A DNA stretch of 63,241 nucleotides, counting the filler, from Asterionella formosa (lineage: Eukaryota): the NCBI GenBank assembly GCA_002256025.1. It is 27 parts of 27 records of this genome, joined end to end, with 100 filler letters (N's around TTAATTAATTAA, not from the genome) between each part and the next. Parts side by side here need not be neighbours in the genome. Positions count along the whole stretch, not along the records: positions 50,578 to 51,638 come from NKIB01004603.1; positions 51,739 to 52,799 come from NKIB01004604.1; positions 52,900 to 53,960 come from NKIB01004605.1; positions 54,061 to 55,121 come from NKIB01004606.1; positions 55,222 to 56,281 come from NKIB01004607.1; positions 56,382 to 57,441 come from NKIB01004609.1; positions 57,542 to 58,601 come from NKIB01004610.1; positions 58,702 to 59,761 come from NKIB01004611.1; 19 more parts are not named here. One strand, written 5' to 3'. Position 1 is the stretch's first letter. Each line of letters starts with the position of its first letter. Positions 51,273 to 62,181 of the stretch are shown here, in pieces. The notes below the pieces were generated by a model. That model saw nothing but the letters and a program-made list of their open reading frames with translations. It was not told the origin of the DNA and searched no databases. A program made the translations under genes and the position numbers.

Positions 51273-51638
51273 GTAGTCGGAGTAGTAAACTAGCAACAGA
51301 ACACCATATGTTCAGGACTGTTGCTACTGCAGTGGGACAGTAAATTATCATAGTTTTAGGATCATATGATCGTAAAACTAAAACCAAATAGAACACCATA
51401 TGTTCAGGACTATTGCAATTACAGTGGGACAGTAAATTATCATAGTTTTAGGATCAAATGATCATAAAACTAAAAACAAATAGAACACCATATGTTCATG
51501 ACTGTTGCAATTACAGTGGGACAGTAAATCATCATAGTTTTAGGATTGTATGATCGTGAAACTGAAAAGCGGTACCGGTAGTCGGAGTAATAAGCAAGCA
51601 ATAGAACACCATAGTAAATCATCATAGTTTTAGGATTG
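51273..51638. repeat. Minisatellite, 92-bp period, about 3.5 copies
   Basis: AGAACACCATATGTTCA at 51298, 51390, 51482, partial at 51603. Confidence 0.9.
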
Positions 51639-52461
51639 NNNNNNNNNNNNNNNNNNNNNNNNNNNNNNNNNNNNNNNNNNNNTTAATTAATTAANNNNNN
51701 NNNNNNNNNNNNNNNNNNNNNNNNNNNNNNNNNNNNNNTGAGCGATCCCCACCACATCTACGAAAAAAAGGCTGGCTCCCTGTGGTCCAACCTCGATTAG
51801 CGTGTGAGTACCGGCATGTGCACTGTCGACTTTAGTACAATACAGGCGGAGTGACTTCGCTACTAAATTGCGTGATATAATAATATACCCTGTAGCACGA
51901 TGCAGAATACAATTGCTTCGCAATCATCTCATCATGATTGATAAGATGATACCAGGTACCAGGTACTGTGATATCATGATAAGGTTACATCGATTCATAC
52001 ATCACCAAAGTATTACACGTAATATTGAATAAAGTACATTTCAGAACTATGATACACTAATCATAAAACTATGATGATTTTATGTAATAATTATGATATA
52101 ATTGTGATCGAAATATGATTATGTTAAAATAATACAATGATAATAAAATACGATAAAATATATACGCAAGTGTTACCAAGACATCATAGAAAAATAACAA
52201 GTAATCATAAAGTATGTTAATTAATATATGTGTTTGTCGTTTAATGTATACAGTTAAAGTCAACAGTTAGCTAATATGATAGTATTATACAGTGGATAGC
52301 AAGTGTTGGTCGATCAATCGGCGAAATCACTGGAGAAACAGATGTAATAGGAACCTCTGTGATTAGGCTAGGAGAAGCGACTGGAGATGCAGAAGAAACT
52401 GGGGGTGCATCAGGAGGAAGTGTAGCAACTGTTGGTCGGTCAATAGGCGAAATCACTGGAG

Positions 52462-52799
52462 AAAGCAATGAATTTACCAGGGAAGAGAAGCTCCTCTGTA
52501 ATAAATTTAGATCCGGTGTAGAGGAACGGAGTGCCAATGAGGAGGAAGAACAACGGGTTGATTCTCAACACAGTCGACAAGAGTTCGAAACCAATACCAA
52601 GCCAAACACTTGTGAGAACAATAATGGCGGGAAGGTAGAGAAGATTTGATCTGAATTGGTCTTCTTTCAATGTGACAGTGCAAATTCCAGTGTCGATCTA
52701 GCATTTTGGAGATGTTGAGACTGCAAACTTCGATCCAGTTTCCTTGAGCTCCGTCTTCAATGCGTCAAACTCAGCATCTGGCATCATCGGTTCACCTTT
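52462..52799 (-). pseudogene. PGRL1: PGRL1-like gene fragment with in-frame stop, fused to a Pro/Ser/Thr-rich repeat fragment
   Basis: KGEPMMPDAEFDALKTELKETGSKFAVSTSPKC*IDTGICTVTLKEDQFRSNLLYLP then two TM helices; TAG at 52700-52698. Confidence 0.7.
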
Positions 52800-52899
52800 N
52801 NNNNNNNNNNNNNNNNNNNNNNNNNNNNNNNNNNNNNNNNNNNTTAATTAATTAANNNNNNNNNNNNNNNNNNNNNNNNNNNNNNNNNNNNNNNNNNNN

Positions 52900-53660
52900 G
52901 AAAACAATGGACATATAGTGCATTGAGTATTTTCGAATTATGTATATGCGAGTATGATCATCTCAACCATATCAGATGTTCCATATCGAGAGCGCCTTTG
53001 AATTTTATAAAATGTATTACGCTATAAATATATATATAAATTTACAAATTTTATTACTATATTCATGGCCTATATATTTTTCAAATCGTTCTGTCATGTT
53101 AACAAACAATGCCTGCTACTTCATGAAAAGATACGTCGTAGTAAAGCACATGACAAGAAAAGAAAGTTTTCGCAATACATTACGAAAAACATTGTGACTT
53201 CGATACATTGGGCCTTCGAAGGATGGAGAATGTTTAAGGTAATGAAGCCATCAATGTGGTACTTGGATGACAATCGTTGGGAGGCAGGCAGGACAACAAC
53301 AAATTGTTAACTAAACGCAGCCACATTTCCTTTTTTCTCAGTTGATTCAACAGCTCGTTTCGCTTGTTGGGGAGCACCAATGTAAAACAAAACAAAACAA
53401 AACCAAATTGCGTAAGTGCTCTTGTCGCTCGTTGGACCTATTCACTTCTGTTGGAACAAAGCTGACAAAACGTTTACCTTCTCTCAAAGTTAAGATGACA
53501 AAAATGAACCGGTAAGTTTTATTCGACAACATTGGATACCTGAAACTTACTTATGCATCAGTTGCATTGCGTTGTGGTAAGTGAAGCAAGAGGATACGGT
53601 GGAATTGTGTGTCGTTGTGTCAATGTAACATGACTAGCTAACAGGAACAATATACATTGA
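52900..53660 (-). repeat. Unclassified dispersed repeat, copy C
   Basis: Spans and links copies A and B; lacks ~175 bp present in copy A. Confidence 0.85.
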
Positions 53661-54060
53661 GAAAACTCACACTGATCTTCCTCTTCATTCAATTGACATT
53701 GCAGCAAACCCTTTCAATTCAGGAGCATTCGGATGAAATCCAGGATGGAGTATTGATGCTTTCTGATTTTGTGTTAATGTCATATGATAACAGGGCTCCG
53801 TAAATCATGAGTTGTTAGTGTGCCTTGGCGTGATGTTTGTCATGCTGCCAGCTGATGCTGCATTTCTACTGAATTATTGAACGACTATGCGAATCTTTAT
53901 GTGCCAGTTGTTCAATAATTCAGTAGAAATACAGCAGCAGCAATACAGCAGCAGCTGGCANNNNNNNNNNNNNNNNNNNNNNNNNNNNNNNNNNNNNNNN
54001 NNNNTTAATTAATTAANNNNNNNNNNNNNNNNNNNNNNNNNNNNNNNNNNNNNNNNNNNN

Positions 54061-55121
54061 ACCAAGCAGGACTGGCTTTGATAGTTCGGTGTCGGATTGG
54101 GGCATTTGTAACTGTCCCCACCTTGGTGGGGTGGAAGCGAATGCCTCATAGGTATTTGAGGAAGTGTCCATTTTGTGGTATGGATGAGCCAGAAACGCTG
54201 GAACACTTAGTGTTCACGTGTGGTCGGTGGCGTGGTCTACGCACCGAGCCACACATGGCAGAATTGATCGCGAAAGTTCGGACGTTAGGGCCGAATTTCG
54301 CCCTCGGTTTTGACCAACAACGGTTGGCATGGCTCCTCGGAGGGAGTTGTGACAACCGCTGGGTACATGGATGGATGGTGGGTGAACCAACCGGAGTCAC
54401 AGCACAGCAAAACTGTGACTCTTCGGTTGAAAGCTCATCATCCGATGGGGACGGTAGCCAGATGGAACGGAACCCGGCAGGGGCCACCACCCTTGCCAGG
54501 TTCCTGATGAGCGTTGTTAGCCTTCGTGCTAACATAATCAGGTCCCGTTGGGGGTCTTACGCAAGTGAGGCATTTGACGGGGTCCCACACACCTCCACGG
54601 GCCAACGCCCCGACGGGTAGGGCAGACCGCGTACTGGTCAAGACTGGGGCTGCACACAGGTTTTTAGTGAGTGAAAGTCTCACACTACCTCGCCCAGGTG
54701 AGAGGGGCGGGGTGCCTCACCGGACACTGGGACATGATTGGATGACGGGGTGCCTCAAAAACATTCCTGAACACATGAACTGGTGGGAGGAGTTCGAATC
54801 CTCCCATGATGCCCCCCAAGCACCCCACATCGATGGGGCAGGCGGGCAAAGCGGCCGGATAGGTTTTCTCCTGGCGCCTTGGAACAGCCAAAAAAAAATG
54901 CCGAGGCCTCGGCAGTCGTGGGCTGAGTCACTGGTCGTCTCAATACCTAAGAAAGGGGACTTGGCTGATATGAACAACTATCGGGGGATCCCACCGGAAA
55001 CGTGGTTAAACTATCTCACCGAAATGTGGCAAAACTAGGTGGGTGGGATAGGATTCTTGATGCTATGGGTGGCATGCACTGGAGTTCTGTCTCCTACCCC
55101 ACTCCCACCTGAGTATTCACT
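54061..55121 (+). mobile_element. Non-LTR retrotransposon (LINE) remnant: C-terminal zinc finger plus displaced RT fragment
   Basis: CPFCGMDEPETLEHLVFTC (zf-RVT-like) and LVVSIPKKGDLADMNNYRGI; GC-rich contig. Confidence 0.8.
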
Positions 55122-55431
55122 NNNNNNNNNNNNNNNNNNNNNNNNNNNNNNNNNNNNNNNNNNNNTTAATTAATTAANNNNNNNNNNNNNNNNNNNNNNN
55201 NNNNNNNNNNNNNNNNNNNNNGTCGCAGATTTGTTGCTTTCAGCATAAACTAATAAAATAATTGTTCTCGACACCAAGAACTGCTTGTTGGTTCACGCTC
55301 CATTAATCCAAGCGAGAATCGTAACGTGAGCCAACTGTATTGAAACTTAATAAGAGGCAGCACATGCACAATTAGAAGTGTGGAACACCGAAGGAAAACT
55401 CGCACCTGCGAGCAAAGAAGGAGGTACAAGG

Positions 55432-56281
55432 TGAGCGATCTTGCGCATCAATACAGATGTATATAGGGTTAGTGTTATATCATATATGAATAAGAACTCA
55501 ATAATGAGAGAACTCGACTAACCCTCATTGTATACTTTGGTGTCGACTTGGAGAACGAGTTACACACAAGGATTAACAAATAAGCTTATATATTCAACAA
55601 ATACTACTACTTCTAGTTAGATACTTCACTTTGAATTCAAAAAGAGTCCAATTAGAATTAATATTGTTGATGTCCTCTCAAGTTCCAGTGGTCCCATTGA
55701 TGAAGGATAACAACAAACTAAACATCAAGATTCAAACTTCTTTGTGTATCCTTACAAGCCAGGTCAACATTTGGAGTCTTACAGAAAAGATATGATCAAT
55801 TGACGCTCAGGGGAAGCTTGTTTATTGATTTCAGTAAATCCTGTGATATGGCTAACACATATATCTTCAGTCCAGCAGATTCCTTGCTTGTTCACCTACT
55901 GCTACAAAAGATGGCTCACAGATATCGTCTTGTCTGACTGGATGAGCGTTGCAATACACTCAAATGCTCAGTCCCACCATAACAGTCTCAACAAGAAAGT
56001 CATAGTGATGTGGCTGGAAGATTACCTTCTTCATGATATCTCTGAGAGTCAATAACAGTGGCTTGATGCCATGATATTACTCAATAAAACATTTCAACAT
56101 GTTTATAATCGACTTCGACTTTGCTGCTTGTCTCAAGACCTTAAAGATGCTCCCAAAACTCATGATAACTCATCCAGAAGATCAAGAGGTTTCCGCCAAG
56201 GAAGATTTGAGGTTGATTGTCATTTTGCTTGATCGACAATGCGTGGCAACAAGTGTTTGAGTGGAACAATGAAAAGAACAA
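55432..56281 (+). mobile_element. 5' LTR (55432-55628) of the 197-bp-LTR family plus degraded downstream gag-like region
   Basis: LTR differs at 3 of 197 positions from 47810-48006; no PPT upstream; broken ORF follows. Confidence 0.8.
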
Positions 56282-56381
56282 NNNNNNNNNNNNNNNNNNN
56301 NNNNNNNNNNNNNNNNNNNNNNNNNTTAATTAATTAANNNNNNNNNNNNNNNNNNNNNNNNNNNNNNNNNNNNNNNNNNNN

Positions 56382-56630
56382 TCTTTGCTAAAAGTGAGAA
56401 AATTGAATGAGCAGCATTGCTGTCAACATGAGATCCCGTAATCACTAGCCTCTGCAAGGTAGTGTTGTGTTCTGCATACGAGCAGATACCCACAATTTCC
56501 TCAGAACCAAATTCAGTATGCACGAGAAGCAAGTTTTTTAGGCTGCGGTTGCGAAGCAACATTCGTCCAATAGAATCTGAACATGTTGGTCCGATACTTC
56601 CTTGTTGAAGGCAAAGCTCTGTACACGAAG
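56382..56630 (-). pseudogene. Leucine-rich repeat (RNI-like) gene fragment
   Basis: IGRMLLRNRSLKNLLL, HNTTLQRLVITG repeats; truncated by gap, no clear start. Confidence 0.5.
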
Positions 56631-56811
56631 TAGCAAAATTACCACAACTTGCAGGTACTCCGAGCACAGCAAAAGAGCAAATGCCAGGGCTACGTATTTG
56701 GTTGTACCTCTGGAAGGTCTGGTAAAACTCATTTATACTTTGAAGAAGGTGTAGCAAAATAACTCCATTACCAGGTACCTGGTACCAGACCTTCCTCAGG
56801 TTAGTACCTGG

Positions 56812-57441
56812 TGAAGTATCTAACTAGAAGTAGTAGTATTTGTTGAATATATGAGCTTATTTGTTAATCCTTGTGTGTAACTCGTTCTCCAAGTCGACAC
56901 CAAAGTATACAATGAGGGTTAGTCGAGTTCTCTCATTATTGAGTTCTGATACATATATGATATAACACTAACCCTATATACATCTGTATTGATGCGCAAG
57001 ATCGCTCACTCTCCCACACCAAGGGAAAACCTTTTACCTTTGAAAAGGTTTGATGTAATGGATATTAATTCGTTCCGTTGTATGCATAGTTTGTTGAAAA
57101 GTAACTGTACCATAGGATTCGATAGTGATGTAGGAATAACAATACGTCAAGTATCTCCTGGATTCTTTACAAAATACATGAAATGTATATGATGAAAATT
57201 GATAGAGGGAAAATTTAACAGATGTGTTTGGTTTGTTGATTGAGAATGAGATGAGTTGTTTGATTGAGAATCAATTGTATATCCAGCAATTGTCTATCAT
57301 GTATTGAGTAATATTCCAGAGGATATTGAATATTGTCTGCCAAAATTGGATGATTGAGGGAACAGGTAAACAAAGGTTCATCATCTACTTCAATTGAGAA
57401 AGTAGAAATGGATGTTGATGCTGAAGATTTCGGTCCAATAT
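56812..57441 (-). mobile_element. 3' end of the 197-bp-LTR retroelement (LTR 56812-57008, PPT, 3' non-coding region)
   Basis: Reverse complement of ~47380-48006 with a few substitutions. Confidence 0.9.
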
Positions 57442-58234
57442 NNNNNNNNNNNNNNNNNNNNNNNNNNNNNNNNNNNNNNNNNNNNTTAATTAATTAANNN
57501 NNNNNNNNNNNNNNNNNNNNNNNNNNNNNNNNNNNNNNNNNGTTGGAATTGAAAGCTGCAGAGATCTTGTGAATGATTTGAACTTGGCACTGAACGCAGC
57601 CTTTGAATCGTATGAGAAGTAGGACACCAACCTTCTTCGGCGTGCTGCATGGCTGGTGGAAGTTGTCTTGTGGTTAAATTCGTCTGAAGCCGATAACAGG
57701 GTTGTGAAAACTCTGAACGATCGGGATAGCTGGATTTCTTCTCGTTTTCCCCTTGCAGGCAGAAAAATACTTGCCAAACTACAAGTGAAGGAGTACCGGT
57801 ATTATAATTTCTTGCCCGAGAATGCAGACTACAAGGCGCTGAACTCTGCAGTAGTATGTAATGCCAAAATATGGTCACACGGTATGTAGGCACATTTTCC
57901 CTCAAAAATGGAAATCGTATCCTTCTGATGTTCCTGGTACCTGGTACCTGGTACCAGGTAGTCAAATTATTAGTCCTCAGCATTTTCACCATTAAAAAAA
58001 AATTTACTCTCACAGAATGTTATACTACGACCTGGTACCAGGTACCGATGTACGGGGACCTTAATTCAGAACACTAAAATACCAGGGGTACCTATCCTAG
58101 AGGCGCGAGTAAAGGTTGACCGAACTAGTGGCGGTGGGGTACCGGTAGACTACTCATACCAAATACCGGTATGGTACCAGGTACCGAACTCCATGATGGT
58201 GAATCTTACGAAATATAAAAAGAAAAATAATAAA

Positions 58235-58260
58235 CGAGGACAGTAGGTTCGAACTCCCGC
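58235..58260 (-). pseudogene. Degenerate tRNA 3'-half immediately downstream of tRNA-Ser
   Basis: GCGGGAGTTCGAACCTACTGTCCTCG resembles the tRNA-Ser end GCGTGAGTTCGAATCTCACCGTCGTCG and is followed by a T-rich tract. Confidence 0.5.
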
Positions 58261-58279
58261 CTGTGAAATAAAATAAATT

Positions 58280-58361
58280 CGACGACGGTGAGATTCGAAC
58301 TCACGCGCTCATAGAGCAATGGATTAGCAATCCATCGCCTTAACCACTCGGCCACGTCGTC
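58280..58361 (-). tRNA. tRNA-Ser(GCT)
   Basis: GACGACGTGGCCGAGTGGTTAAGGCGATGGATTGCTAATCCATTGCTCTATGAGCGCGTGAGTTCGAATCTCACCGTCGTCG: full cloverleaf, long variable arm, GCT anticodon, T-rich terminator. Confidence 0.97.
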
Positions 58362-58701
58362 ACCAATTTTCCAGTACATTGGAAGTTATCTTACTGTGAA
58401 CACTAATAATTTCTATACCTTGAAAAGAACTCAAAACATAATCATAAAAATTTTTTGCTACCGGTAGTAGAGTTGTTCATATTGGATAACATGTTACAAA
58501 TCGAAATCTACCTGCAGCGTTAATTTGCATTACTAAATCTAGTTCCACGTACGACTTCGTACCGGCAGTACTCATTCCAATTCCAAACTGATACATTTGT
58601 CNNNNNNNNNNNNNNNNNNNNNNNNNNNNNNNNNNNNNNNNNNNNTTAATTAATTAANNNNNNNNNNNNNNNNNNNNNNNNNNNNNNNNNNNNNNNNNNN
58701 N

Positions 58702-59761
58702 TTGTTAATCCTTGTGTGTAACTCGTTCTCCAAGTCGACACCAAAGTATACAATGAGGGTTAGTCGAGTTCTCTCATTATTGAGTTCTTATACATATATG
58801 ATATAACACTAACCCTATATACATCTGTTTTGATGCACAAAATCGCTCACTCTCCCACACCAAGGGAAAACCTTTTACCTTTGAAAAGGTTTGATGTAAT
58901 GGATATTAATTCGTTCCGTAGTATGCATAGTTTGTTGAAAAGTAACTGGACCATTGGCATATACTTGAATAAATAGAATAAGGACTTCGCCCATGGTTAT
59001 CCAAGGTAGTAGGATTATCCGATAGGATTAAAACCTCATCAACAACCTTGTAATCGCAAGAACGACGACGGAAAGTATCACGACGTAGTCATTTGTCAAT
59101 TATCACTTATCGACATTGATATCCCAATATCAATTACATATCTATAATCAAATCATGTTGTAAAACCCATGTTCCTGGTGAAAATACACAATGTACTATA
59201 AATAGTAGCTCGAGCTGCATATGATGCAGCAAACTGGTATCCACAATATTCTGAACTTGAAATTCCTTGATTGGAGGATGAGCCTTTAACATGACTTGTA
59301 CATAGACTTTTAATGTGTATGAAAGGAATACCAGTAAATTGACCTCCATTGTCATGTATACAACCTTCTGGATGGAGATATCCGTCCAACCAATCATTTT
59401 TAAATTTCATCGCAATATATTCTGATGTCTTATTATTGATATGTGAAATTTCTGGTAAATTGGTGACTGTGTTAACTCAAGTTGGAGCATGAAATTCAAT
59501 CGCTTGTGCAGTCACTGTTATCTTCCATGGACCAATGAAATCCACTGTGACTTCTGAGCATTGTAATAACAATGCATTCCTTGGTGAAAGTTCACCAAAA
59601 CCAAGCATCAGGTAATTTTGTACGTTTTGACATGTTTCATATATGCTTGCAATATGTTCCACTCTTGCTTTTAATGGAGGATAGTAAAAATGTGTAGAAA
59701 CTGTGGCATTTCATCTTGTCATACCCACATGAGCTAACATCTGATGATACCAATAAATAAT
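58702..59761 (-). mobile_element. Ty3/gypsy-like remnant: degraded integrase, PPT and partial 197-bp LTR (58702-58849)
   Basis: WYHQMLAHVG, VDFIGPW, CIHDNGGQFTG integrase motifs upstream of the same LTR on the same strand. Confidence 0.85.
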
Positions 59762-59861
59762 NNNNNNNNNNNNNNNNNNNNNNNNNNNNNNNNNNNNNNN
59801 NNNNNTTAATTAATTAANNNNNNNNNNNNNNNNNNNNNNNNNNNNNNNNNNNNNNNNNNNN

Positions 59862-60921
59862 TAAACTCTGAGGTGTCACAGACGCCTGATTATCAGCTAT
59901 CCAGACGAATTAACGCAACAAACACAACCGGCCATGGCGGACATCGTGGCGGAGGCCGCGGCGACGGTCGTGGCTTCCAGGGTCACGGTGCCGGCCGCGG
60001 TCGCGGAGGTCGCGGCGGGCGCGGAACCAATCCACAGAAAACCACTTACTACTCAACAACAGAATGGGAAAAGCTTTCATATGAGGAGCGTGATCGAGTC
60101 CGAAAGGAACGCGACAAGAAAGGAGAGCAAGGCGGGTCGAAGCGTACCATTTCCGACATGACAACAAAGCAACTTGCTTCCGCCATCATCAGTTCTATCA
60201 AGGCAGCAGCACTTAGCGACTCCGGAACATGCGATGACGACAAGTCGGAAACGCCGAAGAAGTCAAACGCCGGTAATTCTTTTGGTGGGCGTGAAAGCGC
60301 AAAACGAAGCAAAAGCGATCGACTTGAGATAGCGGCATATCGTTCTTCTCATCGGAAGCCGCTCCCGCCTCACCAATTATCTATATCTGCACTTACACAA
60401 CTAACCCAGCGCGCTGCGAAATGTGAACTTGACTCACACGCTGACACCTGTGCTCTTGGCTGTAATTTTGTACCTCTTTACTTTACAGGACGTGCCTGCG
60501 ATGTCATTCCATACAACGCAGGTGCTTACAAACCAGAACGAGACATCCCTATTGTTTGCGGAGCAACAGCATTTACTTGCCAACAAAGCGGAGAGACTTT
60601 CATTTTAATTATCAATGAGGGACTTTATTTTGGCGACAAGCTTGAACACAGCCTACTCAACCCTAACCAATTGCGATTTTCCGGGGTGGTTGTCAACGAC
60701 AATCCTTTCGATAAAGCGGCACCGCTGTTAATCTCGACAACGGAAATCGATATTCCGCTGCAGATCAGCGGAACAAACATCTTCTTGGAGACTACCACTC
60801 CCACCCAGCGTGAACTTGATACTTGTACTCACATTCATTTAACCTGCGACACCGAATGGAATCCACAGACTGTCAACCTTTCCCTCATACAATCTGTGGA
60901 GGCGGAGGACATGATCGGCGT
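59862..60921 (+). mobile_element. Ty1/copia (CoDi-like) gag C-terminus and protease, open frame
   Basis: RGG-rich segment, YYSTTEWEKLS, CELDSHADTC protease motif, HSLLNPNQLR. Confidence 0.85.
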
Positions 60922-61021
60922 NNNNNNNNNNNNNNNNNNNNNNNNNNNNNNNNNNNNNNNNNNNNTTAATTAATTAANNNNNNNNNNNNNNNNNNNNNNN
61001 NNNNNNNNNNNNNNNNNNNNN

Positions 61022-61792
61022 ATGAATTTTGAAAATGATTTCATCGGAATGCGGGATCATACTAGGGGAGCTGTTATCGTTCACGAGCTCACAAGCGATA
61101 CCTATGTCGCTCCACCGCAATCTGAAGAGCTCATGGGAAACGTGTGGTGGCGCAAATATATTCCTGTTGATTGGGAACGCGCACTGCCATCTGGATGGGA
61201 ATCCTGGAGCGTTGCACTGCCTTCGGAGATTCAACAAGTTATTGGGATCCAAGGATCTTCGACACTCCCACCAGAAGCTATTTTTGATCCGAGCACTATA
61301 CCGGGATCATGTTGGCCCATGCGAGGGTCATCGGGACATGTAACCATGAGATTGCCATACCCAGTAAAAGTTTCAGCTGTGACAGTTGATCATGCATCGC
61401 CCTTGTTGCTGAATGATACATTGGATGTCAGTAGTGCGCCAAGAAAAATCAGATTGATTGGTTATCCTCCTTGCTCAGATGATTGTAGGGGACTGGGCTT
61501 CGATCTTTCAAAAGGAACGGTTCTTGCGACTATTAACTATGACAGGGATGGTAGACACATTCAGACCTTTGATTTAAGTGGTAGTAGCGATGCCCCAGAG
61601 AGTGATTGCGCTGAATCCAAGGTAGTCCAAGGATCCTGTAGCGCTCCTCCAGATTTTGATTTGCAAGCTACCATTGTTCCGGAATCAGCGCGTGAAGTTA
61701 GTGGTATCAGATTGGAAGTTTTGAGCAATTGGGGAGTTGATGAGTATACCTGCCTGTACCGTTTCCGAGTGCATGGGCAAGCAAGTCAATAG
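61022..61792 (+). CDS. SUN (Sad1/UNC-84) domain protein, probably 5'-truncated
   Basis: PGSCWPM, VTVDH, SSAPR, VLSNWG..EYTCLYRFRVHG motifs. Confidence 0.92.
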   Translation: MNFENDFIGMRDHTRGAVIVHELTSDTYVAPPQSEELMGNVWWRKYIPVDWERALPSGWESWSVALPSEIQQVIGIQGSSTLPPEAIFDPSTIPGSCWPMRGSSGHVTMRLPYPVKVSAVTVDHASPLLLNDTLDVSSAPRKIRLIGYPPCSDDCRGLGFDLSKGTVLATINYDRDGRHIQTFDLSGSSDAPESDCAESKVVQGSCSAPPDFDLQATIVPESAREVSGIRLEVLSNWGVDEYTCLYRFRVHGQASQ

Positions 61793-62181
61793 CGACCAGG
61801 AATTGCCTAGGCAACTGGAGTGGCATCAGTTTGAATCTGATTTGGTTTCCCTTTGTTCCCAAACTTAGAGCCCATTGTTTTTCATGGTGAAGGGGTTACT
61901 GGGGTTACTACAATAGGAACGTAAGCTCAGATGATTAGTGCTCTGCACGTTCACTACATGCTACAAAGTGCTACCAGTATATTGTCTCAAAGTATTCCAG
62001 GACTACTGGACCAGGTACCAGTACTTCATCAGGTAGGTCTATATAAACTGGTATTCATAGATATTCATAGACTATCAATATNNNNNNNNNNNNNNNNNNN
62101 NNNNNNNNNNNNNNNNNNNNNNNNNTTAATTAATTAANNNNNNNNNNNNNNNNNNNNNNNNNNNNNNNNNNNNNNNNNNNN

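Noticed and set aside
51273..51638. CRISPR-like repeat array
   Set aside because: Whole 92-bp units repeat with no unique spacers, no cas genes, eukaryotic context
48007..55431. Matching CAAGG flanks as proof that the 47-48 kb and 55-56 kb contigs are two ends of one insertion
   Set aside because: Possible, but contig order appears size-sorted and a shared preferred target explains the match equally well; not asserted
57542..57889. Protein-like frame with one internal stop
   Set aside because: Truncated by gap and no recognisable domain
17051..62181. Regularly spaced TTAATTAATTAA repeats resembling an array
   Set aside because: Artificial six-frame-stop spacers within N runs; ORFs ending in X...LIN are artefacts and cross-spacer gene neighbourhoods are meaningless
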